From Klebsiella phage Sugarland: a stretch of 64,000 nt of DNA. The notes beneath the pieces were generated by a model, which was not told where the DNA came from, did no database searches, and saw only the letters and a program-made list of their open reading frames with translations. The stretch lies in the sequence record NC_042093.1; one strand, given 5' to 3'. Shown piece after piece: positions 44,896 to 56,236 of this stretch. Numbering within the stretch: position 1 is the stretch's first letter; each line of letters starts with the position of its first letter. The translations under genes and the position numbers were made by a program.

Positions 44896-46714
44896 TAAAT
44901 TGACAATCAGCCATTTTATGTCGTATGCTGAGAACGTGGTGATCGAGTTTGATAATCACCGCGTAACTCAGTTAATCGGGCGTAACGGGCTGGGTAAATC
45001 AACAATTGGTACAGCTCTAGAGGAGCTTCTTTATAATAAGAACTCACGAGGTATCAAGAAGGACGACCTGTTTAACTGGCATACTGGCTCCAAGTCCTAT
45101 ATGCTAGAAGGTCAGTTCACAAAAGATGGTGACGTGTACAACGTCAAGAAAGTTGTGAAGTCAACCGCCAAAGTAACTCTCACTAAAAATGGTGAAGATA
45201 TCAGTGGTCATACTGCAACCCAAACGTATAAGCTGATAGAAGAGGTACTCGCCTGTGATTTTACGACATTTACTAAGCTCGTATATCAGTCAGTTGGATC
45301 CAGTCTCGACTTCCTCAAGACTACGGATGCTCAGCGCAAGGCTTTCCTCGTTAACCTGTTCGACCAGGAACAATATAAGGAAGTTTCTGAACGTGTTAAA
45401 GCGGGACGTAAAGCCGTCTCGGCAAAACTGTCCGGATTGGAAGGTAGCCTGCGAACTGCCCAATCTATACTTTCCTCAAAAGCCTCGCTTGGCACACCTC
45501 AATCAGAGATCCCAATCCCTGTTTTCGATGAAGAGCCACTAGTCGAAGAATTAACCGAAGCAAAAGTCAAGGTAGCACTGGCTCAGAAGCAAAAAGCCAG
45601 TATTGCAAAACGTAGCTCTTTGGACATGGCCGTACAAGCTGCCGAAAAAACTTTTGCACCATTCGAAAATTTACCTGCGCCCACCTCGAAATCTGAGGAA
45701 CTCCTGAGTGTTACGCGTAACCTAACGGTCGTGGCAACTAGAGCGGATGATCTGAAGAAACGTTACTACGATTTCAAAAATGCAGCAGGTAAAACTCAGT
45801 GTTCTGCGTGCGGAACTCACTTAGATACCTCCGCCGCTCAAGAAGCTATGAGACGAACTAAGGAGGAGTATGATCCGCTCTATAAAGAACGTCAAAAGCT
45901 GGAAGCAGAAGTTGAAGAACTTAGGAAGGAAGATAGGGCGTTTAAGGATTATATCTCTAAGTTTAACGCTCTGGAACAGGCTCGCAAAAACCTCAAGGAA
46001 TTTGATGAGGTCAATGGAACGCAGGATGAAATCGTAGACGCTAGCGGGTTAGCTGAGCGTATCAAAGCTATTGAGTCTAGCATTCGTCAAGGCAGATCCT
46101 CGGTAGAACTTGCAAGAACCCATAACGAATCAGTTGTACGTGAAAATGCGAAATATGAAGCTAAGCGTGAACAGATTCAAAAGGCCGAGCAGGAGTTTGA
46201 TAAGATCCAGGCTGAACTGTCCTTAGTTGCAGAAGAAGTAGCGGATCTGGATATCTTAATCACCGGACTGAAAGATCTGGTAGGGTATAAGCTAGAGCAC
46301 AGCGTCAAGGTATTTGAAGAGATGATCAATCATTATCTCTCTATCATGACCAGTGGTAAATTTGCTCTAGGGTTCGAGTTAGACGAGACGAAGTTACAGG
46401 TTGTCATCTACAATGATGGTAACAGGACTTCTATGGTCAACTGCTCCACTGGTCAGCAGAGCCGTATCAATATTTCCACGCTATTAGCAATTCGAATGTT
46501 GCTTTCAACGATTAGTAAAGTTAATATCAACCTGCTCTTCCTTGATGAAGTTGTAAGTTATATTGACCCGGATGGAATTAATACCCTCGTAGAACTTCTA
46601 CAGGAAGAAGATCAGCTGAACTCAATCATCGTATCTCACGGGCACACACATCCGTATGCACATAAGATTGAGGTTAAACAAGACGAAGCTGGCTTATCAA
46701 TTTTGGAGGCCTAA
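44879..46714 (+). CDS. SbcC/Rad50-like ATPase subunit (T5 D13-like)
   Basis: Walker A GRNGLGKST; long coiled-coil; C-terminal signature and D-loop LLFLDE. Confidence 0.8.
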   Translation: MSIVINKLTISHFMSYAENVVIEFDNHRVTQLIGRNGLGKSTIGTALEELLYNKNSRGIKKDDLFNWHTGSKSYMLEGQFTKDGDVYNVKKVVKSTAKVTLTKNGEDISGHTATQTYKLIEEVLACDFTTFTKLVYQSVGSSLDFLKTTDAQRKAFLVNLFDQEQYKEVSERVKAGRKAVSAKLSGLEGSLRTAQSILSSKASLGTPQSEIPIPVFDEEPLVEELTEAKVKVALAQKQKASIAKRSSLDMAVQAAEKTFAPFENLPAPTSKSEELLSVTRNLTVVATRADDLKKRYYDFKNAAGKTQCSACGTHLDTSAAQEAMRRTKEEYDPLYKERQKLEAEVEELRKEDRAFKDYISKFNALEQARKNLKEFDEVNGTQDEIVDASGLAERIKAIESSIRQGRSSVELARTHNESVVRENAKYEAKREQIQKAEQEFDKIQAELSLVAEEVADLDILITGLKDLVGYKLEHSVKVFEEMINHYLSIMTSGKFALGFELDETKLQVVIYNDGNRTSMVNCSTGQQSRINISTLLAIRMLLSTISKVNINLLFLDEVVSYIDPDGINTLVELLQEEDQLNSIIVSHGHTHPYAHKIEVKQDEAGLSILEA

Positions 46715-47196
46715 TGGCCGTAGATAGTCGCGAGAAAGGAAAACGCGCGGAATACCAAATCCGTGATATGCTGCGTAAATATACCTCCTTGGACTGGGAA
46801 CGTGTTCCTGGTTCAGGAGCTTTTGGCCAATCCCACTCCCTAAAGGGGGATGTGTATCTGCCACCTAGCGTAGGTAAAATGAGCCAATACTGCTTTGAGA
46901 TCAAACATTACGCAGACGAAAAATTTAATAGCAATATCCTAAACGTTGGAGAATCCCAGCTAGAAAAATGGTGGGCCCAAGCCGCACGTGAAGGTGAGCA
47001 AATGAACATGAAACCCGCCCTGATCTTTAAGAAAGATCGTGGTCAATGGCTTATCGCTCTGGATAGTAGCGACCCTATGATTGATAACCTCATGAGTAGA
47101 GCACATTTCATAGTGAATAAACGTGGAATGGAAATTGTTATCGGTCTTTTTGAGCCGTGGTTAAACGCATGTGATATTGGAGATTTAGTTAAATGA
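46714..47196 (+). CDS. hypothetical protein (T5 D14-like, 160 aa)
   Basis: Position and size relative to the flap endonuclease gene. Confidence 0.5.
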   Translation: MAVDSREKGKRAEYQIRDMLRKYTSLDWERVPGSGAFGQSHSLKGDVYLPPSVGKMSQYCFEIKHYADEKFNSNILNVGESQLEKWWAQAAREGEQMNMKPALIFKKDRGQWLIALDSSDPMIDNLMSRAHFIVNKRGMEIVIGLFEPWLNACDIGDLVK

Positions 47197-48071
47197 GTAA
47201 ATCCTGGGGAACAATGAAACGAGAGGCAGAACAACGCCTCGCCTCACGCCGTAATCTTATGATTGTTGACGGTACGAACTTGGGCTTCCGCTTCAAGAAA
47301 GATAGTGGTAAGCCTATTGCAGCATCCTTTGCAAACACCATCAACTCTCTGGCAAACTCCTATGACGCGAAGCACACTATCGTTCTAGGAGATAAAGGGA
47401 AGAGTATCTTCCGTACCAATATTTTCCCGGAGTATAAAGGCAACCGAGATGCAAAGTACGCAGATCGCTCCGAAGCAGAAGTAGAAGCAGATCGTCAGTT
47501 CTTCGAGTACTTGGACGATGCATTTGAGCTTATCGCAAGCCAATTCCCTACTTTCCGAATTCGTGGAGTAGAGGCAGATGATATGGCGGCTTTCATTATT
47601 CAGCTGATAGGTCATCACTATGATCATATCTGGCTCATCTCCACAGATGGCGACTGGGATACCCTGCTGGCTCCTAATATTTCACGCTTCTCGTTCACTA
47701 CTCGTAAAGAGTACCACGAGAAAGATATGTTCGATAACCATAACGTAGATACGGTTGATCAGTTTATCTCTTTGAAGGCTATTATGGGCGATATGGGGGA
47801 TAACATTCGTGGTGTTGAAGGTATCGGTGAAAAACGGGGCTACAATCTAATCCGGGAACACGGTAGCGTGCTAGACATTATCGATGCACTACCTCTTCCA
47901 GGAACTCAAAAATTCGTTCAGGCACTGAATAAATCAGGCGAACTCATGGAGCGTAATCTAACTCTAGTAGATCTCCCAAGTTTCTGTGGAGAAGCAGTTG
48001 CTGCAGCAGGACAAGATATCTACGATCAATTTGTTAAAGACATTATGGCTATTGCCACAGGAGAAGTATAA
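47193..48071 (+). CDS. 5'-3' exonuclease / flap endonuclease (T5 D15-like)
   Basis: PIN-like N-terminal acidic residues (MIVDGTNL, ISTDGDWD); H3TH motif. Confidence 0.9.
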   Translation: MSKSWGTMKREAEQRLASRRNLMIVDGTNLGFRFKKDSGKPIAASFANTINSLANSYDAKHTIVLGDKGKSIFRTNIFPEYKGNRDAKYADRSEAEVEADRQFFEYLDDAFELIASQFPTFRIRGVEADDMAAFIIQLIGHHYDHIWLISTDGDWDTLLAPNISRFSFTTRKEYHEKDMFDNHNVDTVDQFISLKAIMGDMGDNIRGVEGIGEKRGYNLIREHGSVLDIIDALPLPGTQKFVQALNKSGELMERNLTLVDLPSFCGEAVAAAGQDIYDQFVKDIMAIATGEV

Positions 48072-48514
48072 TGCGTATTAAATTATCTCACCCCGATTGT
48101 AAACCTCACGTTGGAAGCTCGGAAGCAGCCGGTATGGATCTACGGGCCTACTTCGGAGATCGTGCTTCCGACCTATTGCGTGCCATACCTCCTGGGGAGT
48201 CATTGATGATTGATACCGGAGTTGCGGTTGAGATTCCCGAAGGCTGGGTAGGAATCGTGGTTCCGAGAAGCTCTCTAGGAAAACGTCGTCTAATGATTGC
48301 TAATACAGCGGGGGTGATTGACTCGGATTATCGAGGAACTATCAAGATGAATCTGTTGAATATGAGCAATGAGACACAGCCAATTGATAATTTCGAGCGT
48401 CTGTGTCAGTTGGTGGTCGTACCTCATTATAACCCCAATGACATTGAAATTGTCGATAGCCTAACAGACACTGATCGTGGGGAGGGTGGATTTGGAAGTT
48501 CGGGAAGCAAATAA
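48071..48514 (+). CDS. dut: dUTPase
   Basis: AAGMDLRA, VVPRSSLG, GVIDSDYRG and C-terminal GGFGSSG motifs. Confidence 0.9.
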   Translation: MRIKLSHPDCKPHVGSSEAAGMDLRAYFGDRASDLLRAIPPGESLMIDTGVAVEIPEGWVGIVVPRSSLGKRRLMIANTAGVIDSDYRGTIKMNLLNMSNETQPIDNFERLCQLVVVPHYNPNDIEIVDSLTDTDRGEGGFGSSGSK

Positions 48515-48530
48515 TTTTACTGATCCTAGT

Positions 48531-48734
48531 ATGGTAGGTATTACTATGCCAACTTATCAGGTTATAACTAATGAACCAGAAATGTTAGTGCTAAAAACAG
48601 ACAAAGAGGGTAATGTTACTTTCTGGGATCCTGAAGGTTTTGTAGAACTTTGTACTAATACTGATAATGAGCATTTAAAAATACTATTAACTATCTATAA
48701 TCTTGGTATTATAGAAGGCTGTAGAAGCATATAA
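48531..48734 (+). CDS. hypothetical protein (67 aa)
   Basis: Start adjusted to MVGITMPTYQ. Confidence 0.35.
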   Translation: MVGITMPTYQVITNEPEMLVLKTDKEGNVTFWDPEGFVELCTNTDNEHLKILLTIYNLGIIEGCRSI

Positions 48735-48740
48735 TAGAAA

Positions 48741-48780
48741 ACCCCAGTGGATTTTGTCCACTGGGGTTTCTTTTTTGTCA
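48741..48780. terminator. bidirectional rho-independent terminator between the early and late blocks
   Basis: AAAACCCCAGTGGA-TTTTG-TCCACTGGGGTTT flanked by T-runs on both strands. Confidence 0.65.
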
Positions 48781-48924
48781 AACTTTACTGGATAGTAAAA
48801 TTTAATTACTTGGATTAGGTATACTATTTGCTTCTCAAAACCTCTATTAGACGATTAGCTGAGTATTCTGCGTATAATATTACCATTGAGTGCTTAGCTA
48901 GAGTATGTTTTTCATATAAAATGT

Positions 48925-48955
48925 TATGAAAATAAAGGAGCCGTACGGCCCTCTT
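48925..48955 (-). terminator. rho-independent terminator after the tail-fibre gene
   Basis: GAGGGCCGTACGGCTCC hairpin then TTTATTTTC on the minus strand. Confidence 0.5.
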
Positions 48956-51900
48956 TTACATACCTAACTTCTCTTCAATTTCCGAAAGACGCGCTTCGAA
49001 TCCCTTCGCGATAAACATGTTAAGTTCATCGAGTCGGAACGAATAACGATCGCCAGCCGGGATGGTTTTGTAGATTGGGTTTTCTGTTCCGTCTTCATTA
49101 AGCGAACCGTATTCAGAAACCACCGTTTGCTCATCCCATTCGTCATGGCAGATGAAGCCATATTTAAACGGTTCAAGCCCAAAACTTTCCATGATCTCCA
49201 TCGCACGCTGTACGGTCAAACCACAATGCTCGCGAATGTCGTTCATATCAGCTTGCTCCTTCCACGTCCAGAACCCGATCTCCTTCGCAATGGCTTTGGC
49301 CGCTTCGGTTTCAGGGTTGCTCATCATGCGAACATCATTTTTCAGCCGAGCGTCTGAGGTGTTGATTGACCCATTTGTAGCGTAGATGTTTTTGACTCGA
49401 CCACTACCCCATCCAATATCATAACTGCCATCACCCATCGGGACGAAGTTCCCGTTGTGGTCAACGCTCCAGCGAGCGGTTCGTGCAGTAGATCCTACAG
49501 TGCATGTTTCGAACAAGATTCGCGTTGGCGTACTGCTTGTACCCCACCCTCCAGCAGCCTGAATAGTAACCGCGCCACGCATTGAATCGAATTTCTCCCC
49601 GTCGTGGCCAGACGCCCCAAAGAAGAAACTAGACCATGACTGTGTCGCACCGATATATTTATCAGAGTTACCAAGGCTACCATCGCACCACATTGCACGA
49701 ACCGCAGGAGATGATGTAGCAGAACCGCGAGGTGCAATCATGTTAATTTCCGGCGCGCCATCCGATGATACAAGTTTCAACCCTCTACCATCCTGATTGG
49801 TTGGAGCATTGAATTTCGGCACTACTGCGTTTAACGTTTCAAAGCTACGCACCAGCCCAAGATCTGAGTGCATAGCGCCGTCTGGAACCAGCCAAAGATC
49901 GCCATTATCCGACAGCCTGAACGCCGGAACCCTATCGCTAATCGTCTTACCTTTAGGGGTGACAAGTAAGCGAATCCAGCCTCCGTGATTGGTTCCAGAT
50001 GTATCGCCAGCGCCCAAGAAATGCAACGCCGCGTTACTATGCTCCGTGTAGTCAGATCCTAACCACGGGCGAGAACCATAACCACCTAAAAGCTGATTGT
50101 TCTTAGTTACGCTATTGGACGCGCCTCGTGCATAGTTATGGAATACAGCAGATCCGCCAGCAGTATTCTCAATACCGAAAGAGCATTCCGTTGCGTTGTC
50201 GCCGATAAAGTTAACGCCAACCCCGGTTGTTGCGGTCGTCTCCTTCAATGGCAAACTCTGAGATGCGGTAACGTCAATCCCTTTGCTATTGACACCACCA
50301 TTAACAACCATGTTACCACTTCCGTCAATCGTCACTTGACCACTTCCGGATCCATCGCCATTTGGACGCAAATAAATTCGCTGTCCAGCTTTTGCGCTAA
50401 TGATTGGCTCCCCTCCGCTATTGCAACGAATTGCCGCGCCTTGACCAAATGCTATTTTGGTATCTCCACCACTTGCAGCCGTGCAAGAGACCTCGATCCC
50501 ATTATCTGATGCCGCTGCGCCAGCTGGTCGTAATTGAATCTGTCTATCAGTGCCGCCGGAGGCAGACAGAATCAAGCGGCCCTCCCCACCTTCGCGAACC
50601 ATTGCACCGCGACCCATTACTATCCCTTTGTCACTTCCTGGTACTTTTGATGCTGCGCCACCACCAACGCCAAGGTTTCCATTTAACGAGCTAGCACCAC
50701 TAATAGCAAGCTCACTACCAGAAAGGCTACCTGATGCACTTAACGTCTTAACACTAACGTCTTGATTCGTGCCACTTACAACCGACTCTCTCCATGCCGA
50801 CCAAGTTCCACCATTGCTATAACGTGTGAATTCACGATTTAAATCAGAGCTAAAAATGCGCTGACGGTTAGTGAAATCAGTGTCGCTCACTTTACGAAGT
50901 GACTCGACGTAAAGAATGAAGTTTCCGCCTACACCGCTTGGCTTGTTAGTAATATTTGCACCACCACCGTATCCTGGACACCGATAAATGCGTACCGTCC
51001 CAGGAGTACTCAGGTTAATCGTTAGGCTGTTAAGATCAAGTGTCTGCCCATCTATGTTCTCAGCCTCCCAAGCCCCGAAAAAGCCATTAGCGAACGTCAT
51101 TGGTCCAGCAACAGAGAAACCAGCATCCATCATTTTACGCGTTACAACCTTGCTGTTTTGCGCTTGGTTTGAATTTTCTCCATAAGCGAGATCGCCATCA
51201 ACATCAATGCCCAAAAGCTTTGCGCTCATGTTGTTAAGTTTAAACCCAATTGACAGATCAGAATCAGCGTCGCGTGTTAACATGATTGGCGTGTGTTGCT
51301 TGCCACTAACTCTTAGACTTGTTGCCCCAGTGTCTGTGTCGTCATTAGAGAAATCAGCGGTACGAGAAGAGATCTTGTAACTGATCTTTGCGTCTCGTGC
51401 TTCGATTCGTCCATCATGGCGCACAATAAAATCTCCACCAGTTGTGCCGCCAGTGGTCTTTGCGCGAATGCGTACCTCACCCAGCGATTCATTGTTTGGC
51501 GGCGACCAAAGCACTCCGCGTTCTCCGCCGTCACCATTTTGAAACCATACATGAGCATTACCACTTGCCGACTTGAGCCGGATAGCTGGAGTTGCTTTTG
51601 CGATATCAAGGTCACCCGTCATGGTATCGCCAACCTTCTTAACTTGCGCGTCGTTAGTTACGTTACCCAGGCCAACATCCGATTTTGATGGCTTGTTAAC
51701 TGTGCCATAAAGGGTATTTACCTTTACGTTACCGGCATTGAGGCTTGCGTCATTGGCGGCGAGTATCACAACCTTACCGCTGTTATAGTCAATGTTAATC
51801 GCTGAAATAGTGTCTCCACAGCGGGAAGACATACCAGAGCCGTGAGACATAATGCTTGAGCTAGCTCCAGACTTCTGGCTTGCTCGCCAAAAATGCCCAC

Positions 51901-53752
51901 CTTTCTCTCTCATGCGTTGCAATAAGTCTGCATCGCTGGTAATGTTATCATATGAAATACCACTACCTCCAAGACCAAAAACACCTACCTGCATCACGTT
52001 ATCATTTGACGTACCAACATCTTTATAAGCTGCCGAACCTAGCCCCAAAGCCTCTTTTGACGGTTTGTTAAGCTCATCATACACGCGGATAGCCTTGCTT
52101 TCCACCCAGTCGGCTGGCATGTCGTTTTGGCTAACATATCCGCTAGGAATATAGAGGTCAACCCAACCTGCTTTTGCCAGAATAGCCACCTTCACGTTAT
52201 TAATGAAAGCCCGCTGGAAGGCCCAAATCTCAAAGAAACCATCACCCTTAACAATCCCGTACCGCAATTGGTTATCTTCCGCAAGGCTCGGATCACCAAG
52301 GCGGCGAATCTGCATAAACTGGCGAACGTTTGAAGCGTTAATAACGGTTGTTCCAAGGCTACGCGCTGACGCATCAAGAAAGTCTATTGAGCCTTGACGC
52401 GCTCCATAGTTTCCGCCGTTTGTGATCATTAGTGTAACGTGGGACTCAGACGAACCCGGATCAGACAGTTTTGCGATTTTTATATACTTTTCCCCTGCCG
52501 CTGTACCAACGGGCCAGTTATATTGGGTCAGCGGACTGGCAATAAGAGAGGCTTTATCGGCATACTCCTTAGCATTCGTCTCGCTAGTCTTTGCATTCGT
52601 CTCGCTAGTCTTTGCATTCGTTTCGCTAGTCTTTGCATTCGTTTCGGATGTTGCAGCAGCGTTTTTGCTGTTATTAGCGTTCGTCTCGCTAGTCTTTGCA
52701 TTCGTCTCGCTAGTCTTTGCATTCGTTTCGCTAGTCTTTGCTGCCGCCGCACTCGCTGCTGCCGCTACCTTACTACTGTCTGCGCTAGTAGCACTTGTTG
52801 CCGCCGCGTTCTTGCTGGCTGCTGCTTCGTTTTCTGACGTCTTGGCTGCTGTCTCACTTGCCGCTGCCGCGTTCTTACTTGCTAGCGCTGCCGTTTCGCT
52901 TGCTTTCGCTGCATCTTGACTGGTTTTTGCTGCGTTTTTGCTTGCTGCTGCTGCATTCTCACTAGCTTTTGCGTTAGTCTCCGAAGTCTTAGCAGCTACT
53001 TCTGAAGCCTTAGAGTTTGTCTCTGAAGTCTTAGCAGCTACTTCTGATACTTCGGCATTAGTCTCCGAAGTCTTAGCAGCTGTCTCACTAGCTTTTGCAT
53101 TAGTCTCTGAAGTATTAGATTTAGTCTCCGAAGTCTTAGCAGCTACTTCTGAAGCCTTAGAGTTTGTCTCTGAAGTCTTGGCAGCCACTTCTGATGCTTT
53201 TGCATTAGTCTCCGAAGTCTTAGCGGCTGTCTCACTAGCTTTTGCATTAGTCTCTGAAGTCTTAGATTTAGTCTCCGAAGTCTTAGCAGCCACTTCTGAT
53301 GCTTTTGCATTAGTCTCCGAAGTCTTAGCAGCCACTTCTGATGCTTTTGCATTAGTCTCCGAAGTCTTAGCAGCTGTCTCACTAGCTTTTGCATTAGTCT
53401 CTGAAGTCTTAGCAGCTACTTCTGATGCTTTTGCATTAGTCTCCGAAGTTTTAGCAGCTTTAGCACTATTAGCAGAAGCAGTAGCAGAAGAGGCAGCTTG
53501 AGTTGCAGATTGTTGAGAAGCTGCCGCAGAGATAGCGGCCCCATTCTCAGAAGCTTTGGCATTAATCTCTGACTGCTTAGCTGCGGCAGCAGAAGCTGCG
53601 GATGCTTCTACTGCTGAAGTTAACTCTCCTGCTGTAATAGAACTGATAGAATTAGCCAGAACTACTGTATACTTAGGGTACTTACTAGCAGTAGTTATGG
53701 TATCATCTATGTTTAGAAGCTGCTGTACAATAATTTTAGTTTTGATTGCCAT
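48956..53752 (-). CDS. ltf: L-shaped tail fibre protein (pb1/LtfA-like, 1598 aa) with N-terminal tandem repeats and C-terminal intramolecular chaperone / S74 peptidase domain
   Basis: C-terminus GSINTSDARLKNDVR...ETEAAKAIAKEIGFW...FGLEPFKYGFICHDEWDEQ typical of a self-cleaving chaperone domain; central polyvalent fibre region. Confidence 0.85.
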   Translation of the reverse strand: MAIKTKIIVQQLLNIDDTITTASKYPKYTVVLANSISSITAGELTSAVEASAASAAAAKQSEINAKASENGAAISAAASQQSATQAASSATASANSAKAAKTSETNAKASEVAAKTSETNAKASETAAKTSETNAKASEVAAKTSETNAKASEVAAKTSETKSKTSETNAKASETAAKTSETNAKASEVAAKTSETNSKASEVAAKTSETKSNTSETNAKASETAAKTSETNAEVSEVAAKTSETNSKASEVAAKTSETNAKASENAAAASKNAAKTSQDAAKASETAALASKNAAAASETAAKTSENEAAASKNAAATSATSADSSKVAAAASAAAAKTSETNAKTSETNAKTSETNANNSKNAAATSETNAKTSETNAKTSETNAKTSETNAKEYADKASLIASPLTQYNWPVGTAAGEKYIKIAKLSDPGSSESHVTLMITNGGNYGARQGSIDFLDASARSLGTTVINASNVRQFMQIRRLGDPSLAEDNQLRYGIVKGDGFFEIWAFQRAFINNVKVAILAKAGWVDLYIPSGYVSQNDMPADWVESKAIRVYDELNKPSKEALGLGSAAYKDVGTSNDNVMQVGVFGLGGSGISYDNITSDADLLQRMREKGGHFWRASQKSGASSSIMSHGSGMSSRCGDTISAINIDYNSGKVVILAANDASLNAGNVKVNTLYGTVNKPSKSDVGLGNVTNDAQVKKVGDTMTGDLDIAKATPAIRLKSASGNAHVWFQNGDGGERGVLWSPPNNESLGEVRIRAKTTGGTTGGDFIVRHDGRIEARDAKISYKISSRTADFSNDDTDTGATSLRVSGKQHTPIMLTRDADSDLSIGFKLNNMSAKLLGIDVDGDLAYGENSNQAQNSKVVTRKMMDAGFSVAGPMTFANGFFGAWEAENIDGQTLDLNSLTINLSTPGTVRIYRCPGYGGGANITNKPSGVGGNFILYVESLRKVSDTDFTNRQRIFSSDLNREFTRYSNGGTWSAWRESVVSGTNQDVSVKTLSASGSLSGSELAISGASSLNGNLGVGGGAASKVPGSDKGIVMGRGAMVREGGEGRLILSASGGTDRQIQLRPAGAAASDNGIEVSCTAASGGDTKIAFGQGAAIRCNSGGEPIISAKAGQRIYLRPNGDGSGSGQVTIDGSGNMVVNGGVNSKGIDVTASQSLPLKETTATTGVGVNFIGDNATECSFGIENTAGGSAVFHNYARGASNSVTKNNQLLGGYGSRPWLGSDYTEHSNAALHFLGAGDTSGTNHGGWIRLLVTPKGKTISDRVPAFRLSDNGDLWLVPDGAMHSDLGLVRSFETLNAVVPKFNAPTNQDGRGLKLVSSDGAPEINMIAPRGSATSSPAVRAMWCDGSLGNSDKYIGATQSWSSFFFGASGHDGEKFDSMRGAVTIQAAGGWGTSSTPTRILFETCTVGSTARTARWSVDHNGNFVPMGDGSYDIGWGSGRVKNIYATNGSINTSDARLKNDVRMMSNPETEAAKAIAKEIGFWTWKEQADMNDIREHCGLTVQRAMEIMESFGLEPFKYGFICHDEWDEQTVVSEYGSLNEDGTENPIYKTIPAGDRYSFRLDELNMFIAKGFEARLSEIEEKLGM
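52540..53500. repeat. tandem repeat array (21-nt unit, 42-nt super-period) inside the tail-fibre gene
   Basis: Encodes more than 25 copies of AAKTSETNAKASEV-like units; the plus strand reads CATTCGTCTCGCTAGTCTTTG repeated. Confidence 0.8.
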
Positions 53753-54174
53753 TATTGAGTTACTCCATCACTGATATAGACTTTACCTTCCATGATACGG
53801 AAGGAACCGACCTCTGAGCCAGTACCCTCACGAGTCATTAGAATGTCATAGTAACCAGCAAAACGTTGTCTTGGGTTATATTTATCACGTTCTTTGGATG
53901 ATTTATTACCGATATTGGTAACATCGGAAATTGAAAGACTGATAGTAGCCGCCCCATGAGTAGCGTCGATTACACTAGTTTTAAAGGTTGCTAAAGTCTC
54001 AGCATCCTCATCAAGATTTGCCTTGATAGTTCCACGGAGTGAATAGCCTGTTAAATTCACGGGGGACTCAGTTGGAGGATAAACACTATCATCAACATCC
54101 ATAAACTGCATGGTAAGACCATACGGTACTTTCTCATCAATAACAATATCAATTACTCTATTTTCTGTACTCAT
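53752..54174 (-). CDS. tail collar / fibre-attachment protein (T5 p132-like, 140 aa)
   Basis: Size and position between ltf and the pb4-like gene. Confidence 0.55.
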   Translation of the reverse strand: MSTENRVIDIVIDEKVPYGLTMQFMDVDDSVYPPTESPVNLTGYSLRGTIKANLDEDAETLATFKTSVIDATHGAATISLSISDVTNIGNKSSKERDKYNPRQRFAGYYDILMTREGTGSEVGSFRIMEGKVYISDGVTQ

Positions 54175-54178
54175 TATT

Positions 54179-56236
54179 TTACCTTATATGGATATACCCA
54201 GTAGCTAGGTCTATCTTCATTCTGTAAGAGGCTTCAGGATTGTTTGATAACGCTGCATTTCTATCATAGATAACGTTAACACCGATCTGAGATAAGAAGG
54301 CATCATTCGCCACAATCTTACTAGCGGTTACCGTGCCGTTAACTATCATATTGCCGTGTAAAACCATCGCAGGGTCAGCCCAACTGGAGCCATTCCATTG
54401 ACGAGTAAATGCAGATTGTGGAGCACTACTATTAAACTCAGTCAACACGTCATATTTAACCGGAGGACTACCAAAATTATTCTGAAAGAAGGCATTAGCC
54501 TGGCTGTCATTCCAACCCCCAAGACCAGAAATACCTAAAGAGTACATCCCAGGACCACGTTGTCCATCGTGTCCAATTGTACCTTCAGTACCACTCCACT
54601 GAACTACATCTGACCAGCTAGTACCTACAAGTAATTTATTAGTTACTGGATCAAGTGTACCTGTAGTCACATAGATATTTTGAGTCATATCCGTACGGTT
54701 AGGTGGGGTCTTCGACCAACTAGGTGGTGGATAATCTTGCTCTAGTGGTTTTGCAGGAAGTGAGGATGCTAATTTATAAACGAATACTGTTTGTTTACCT
54801 TGCATACCTGTACCAAGATCCACATCGCCATTTGGTGTACCAATTACAACTTTATTAGAAATTCTTAATGTATCACCATCGTAACGTATATACTGTGTAG
54901 CGTTACCGATGTCTAATTTAGGTTTAGCATTGGTATTATCCATACCCATCCAAATACCAGACTTTGCATCTCCCCAAGTTTTACCTTGTGTATATATTGC
55001 CGGGTTATCTTGACCAGTTAGGTTAGTCATGACAAAATTAGCAGCATTAATAGTTTTAGTGATTACACTACCATCAACGTTAACAATCTTTTTAATAGGA
55101 TCAAAAGATATTGGCGCTTTTCCTTCCGCGTCTAGAAGACCTATATTAACAGCACCAGTGGCGGCATCTATTAGGAAGGTTTGTTTCCAGGTTGTGCCCT
55201 CTTTGATCTTACCCTTAATGTATGCATAGTTAACTTCTATACCCGTTTCGTTAACAAAATTATTATCAAGTGGGGTATCTTCATTTAGTATAAATGTCTG
55301 TGCTGTGGAATCAGTAGTATCCTGTATATTTGGTCCCCAAGCAATAGATGACACCTTAAATTTATGTTCTACCTTCCAGGGGAATGATATAATTGTTGCC
55401 GACTGAGCAGCCCCCACGTTGATTTTTTGTGCCTTAGTCCATCCAGTTTTAGCAAATTCTGTTGAATCTATATAGGATAGAACGAATTCACGAACGTTAG
55501 CGCCTGTGCCTCTATTCCAATCCCATTGTACACGTAAATCATAGCGTTCTTTACCATCGGCTATACGCGCAGCTTTAAATACAATATTAACTGGAGCTGT
55601 AGGTGATACAAAGTTATATTTAACTTCAAAAACAGTAGGGTACTCATAGTAGCCAGATGAATCAATAGTTACCCCATCTGGTAGAGATACTTGTCCAGAA
55701 ATTCTTACTTTATAGGACCCAACTGGCACACCACCAAACATAATAGTTGGCATTAATGCCCCAACATAATATTTAACCCACGGATTATTAGCATTAGAAT
55801 TATTTTTTAATTCTATAGTACAATAATCAGCTTCTCCCGTAGTATTTAGATAAACTATTGGTGCCCCAACACCTACGTCTACCGGCTCTGATTCACATCT
55901 AGCACTCGTGATTCTAGGTGCTGACTTCATTTTAAAAGTTTGTTTGTCAGACAGATTAATACCTATCTGAGCATTAAGTAGTTCAGAGTCTATTATAGAA
56001 TCATAAAATGCACCCTGAACCTCATACGTTGCTGTAGGTTTTAGATTATTAATAGTTACAGAGAAGGTATCAACTCCAGTAAAATCTCTACGAGTAATAT
56101 TGCTACCTTCTTTAAGCCAAAAAGATCTGCCTATAACATCGTAATCAGAGTAGATAGAGTGCTGGATATACGCCAATGTATATCCAGTTACGACGCTATT
56201 TAGGACCATTTTAGCTGGTGCATTATTTGAAATCAT
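54179..56236 (-). CDS. baseplate/tail-tip protein pb4-like (685 aa)
   Basis: Synteny and size; beta-rich composition. Confidence 0.65.
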   Translation of the reverse strand: MISNNAPAKMVLNSVVTGYTLAYIQHSIYSDYDVIGRSFWLKEGSNITRRDFTGVDTFSVTINNLKPTATYEVQGAFYDSIIDSELLNAQIGINLSDKQTFKMKSAPRITSARCESEPVDVGVGAPIVYLNTTGEADYCTIELKNNSNANNPWVKYYVGALMPTIMFGGVPVGSYKVRISGQVSLPDGVTIDSSGYYEYPTVFEVKYNFVSPTAPVNIVFKAARIADGKERYDLRVQWDWNRGTGANVREFVLSYIDSTEFAKTGWTKAQKINVGAAQSATIISFPWKVEHKFKVSSIAWGPNIQDTTDSTAQTFILNEDTPLDNNFVNETGIEVNYAYIKGKIKEGTTWKQTFLIDAATGAVNIGLLDAEGKAPISFDPIKKIVNVDGSVITKTINAANFVMTNLTGQDNPAIYTQGKTWGDAKSGIWMGMDNTNAKPKLDIGNATQYIRYDGDTLRISNKVVIGTPNGDVDLGTGMQGKQTVFVYKLASSLPAKPLEQDYPPPSWSKTPPNRTDMTQNIYVTTGTLDPVTNKLLVGTSWSDVVQWSGTEGTIGHDGQRGPGMYSLGISGLGGWNDSQANAFFQNNFGSPPVKYDVLTEFNSSAPQSAFTRQWNGSSWADPAMVLHGNMIVNGTVTASKIVANDAFLSQIGVNVIYDRNAALSNNPEASYRMKIDLATGYIHIR

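Noticed and set aside
52422-53501. Plus-strand Ala/Leu-rich ORFs (165, 132 and 187 aa) and the minus-strand 52528/53143 ORFs
   Set aside because: Generated by the 21-nt tandem repeat of the tail-fibre gene read in other frames or strands.
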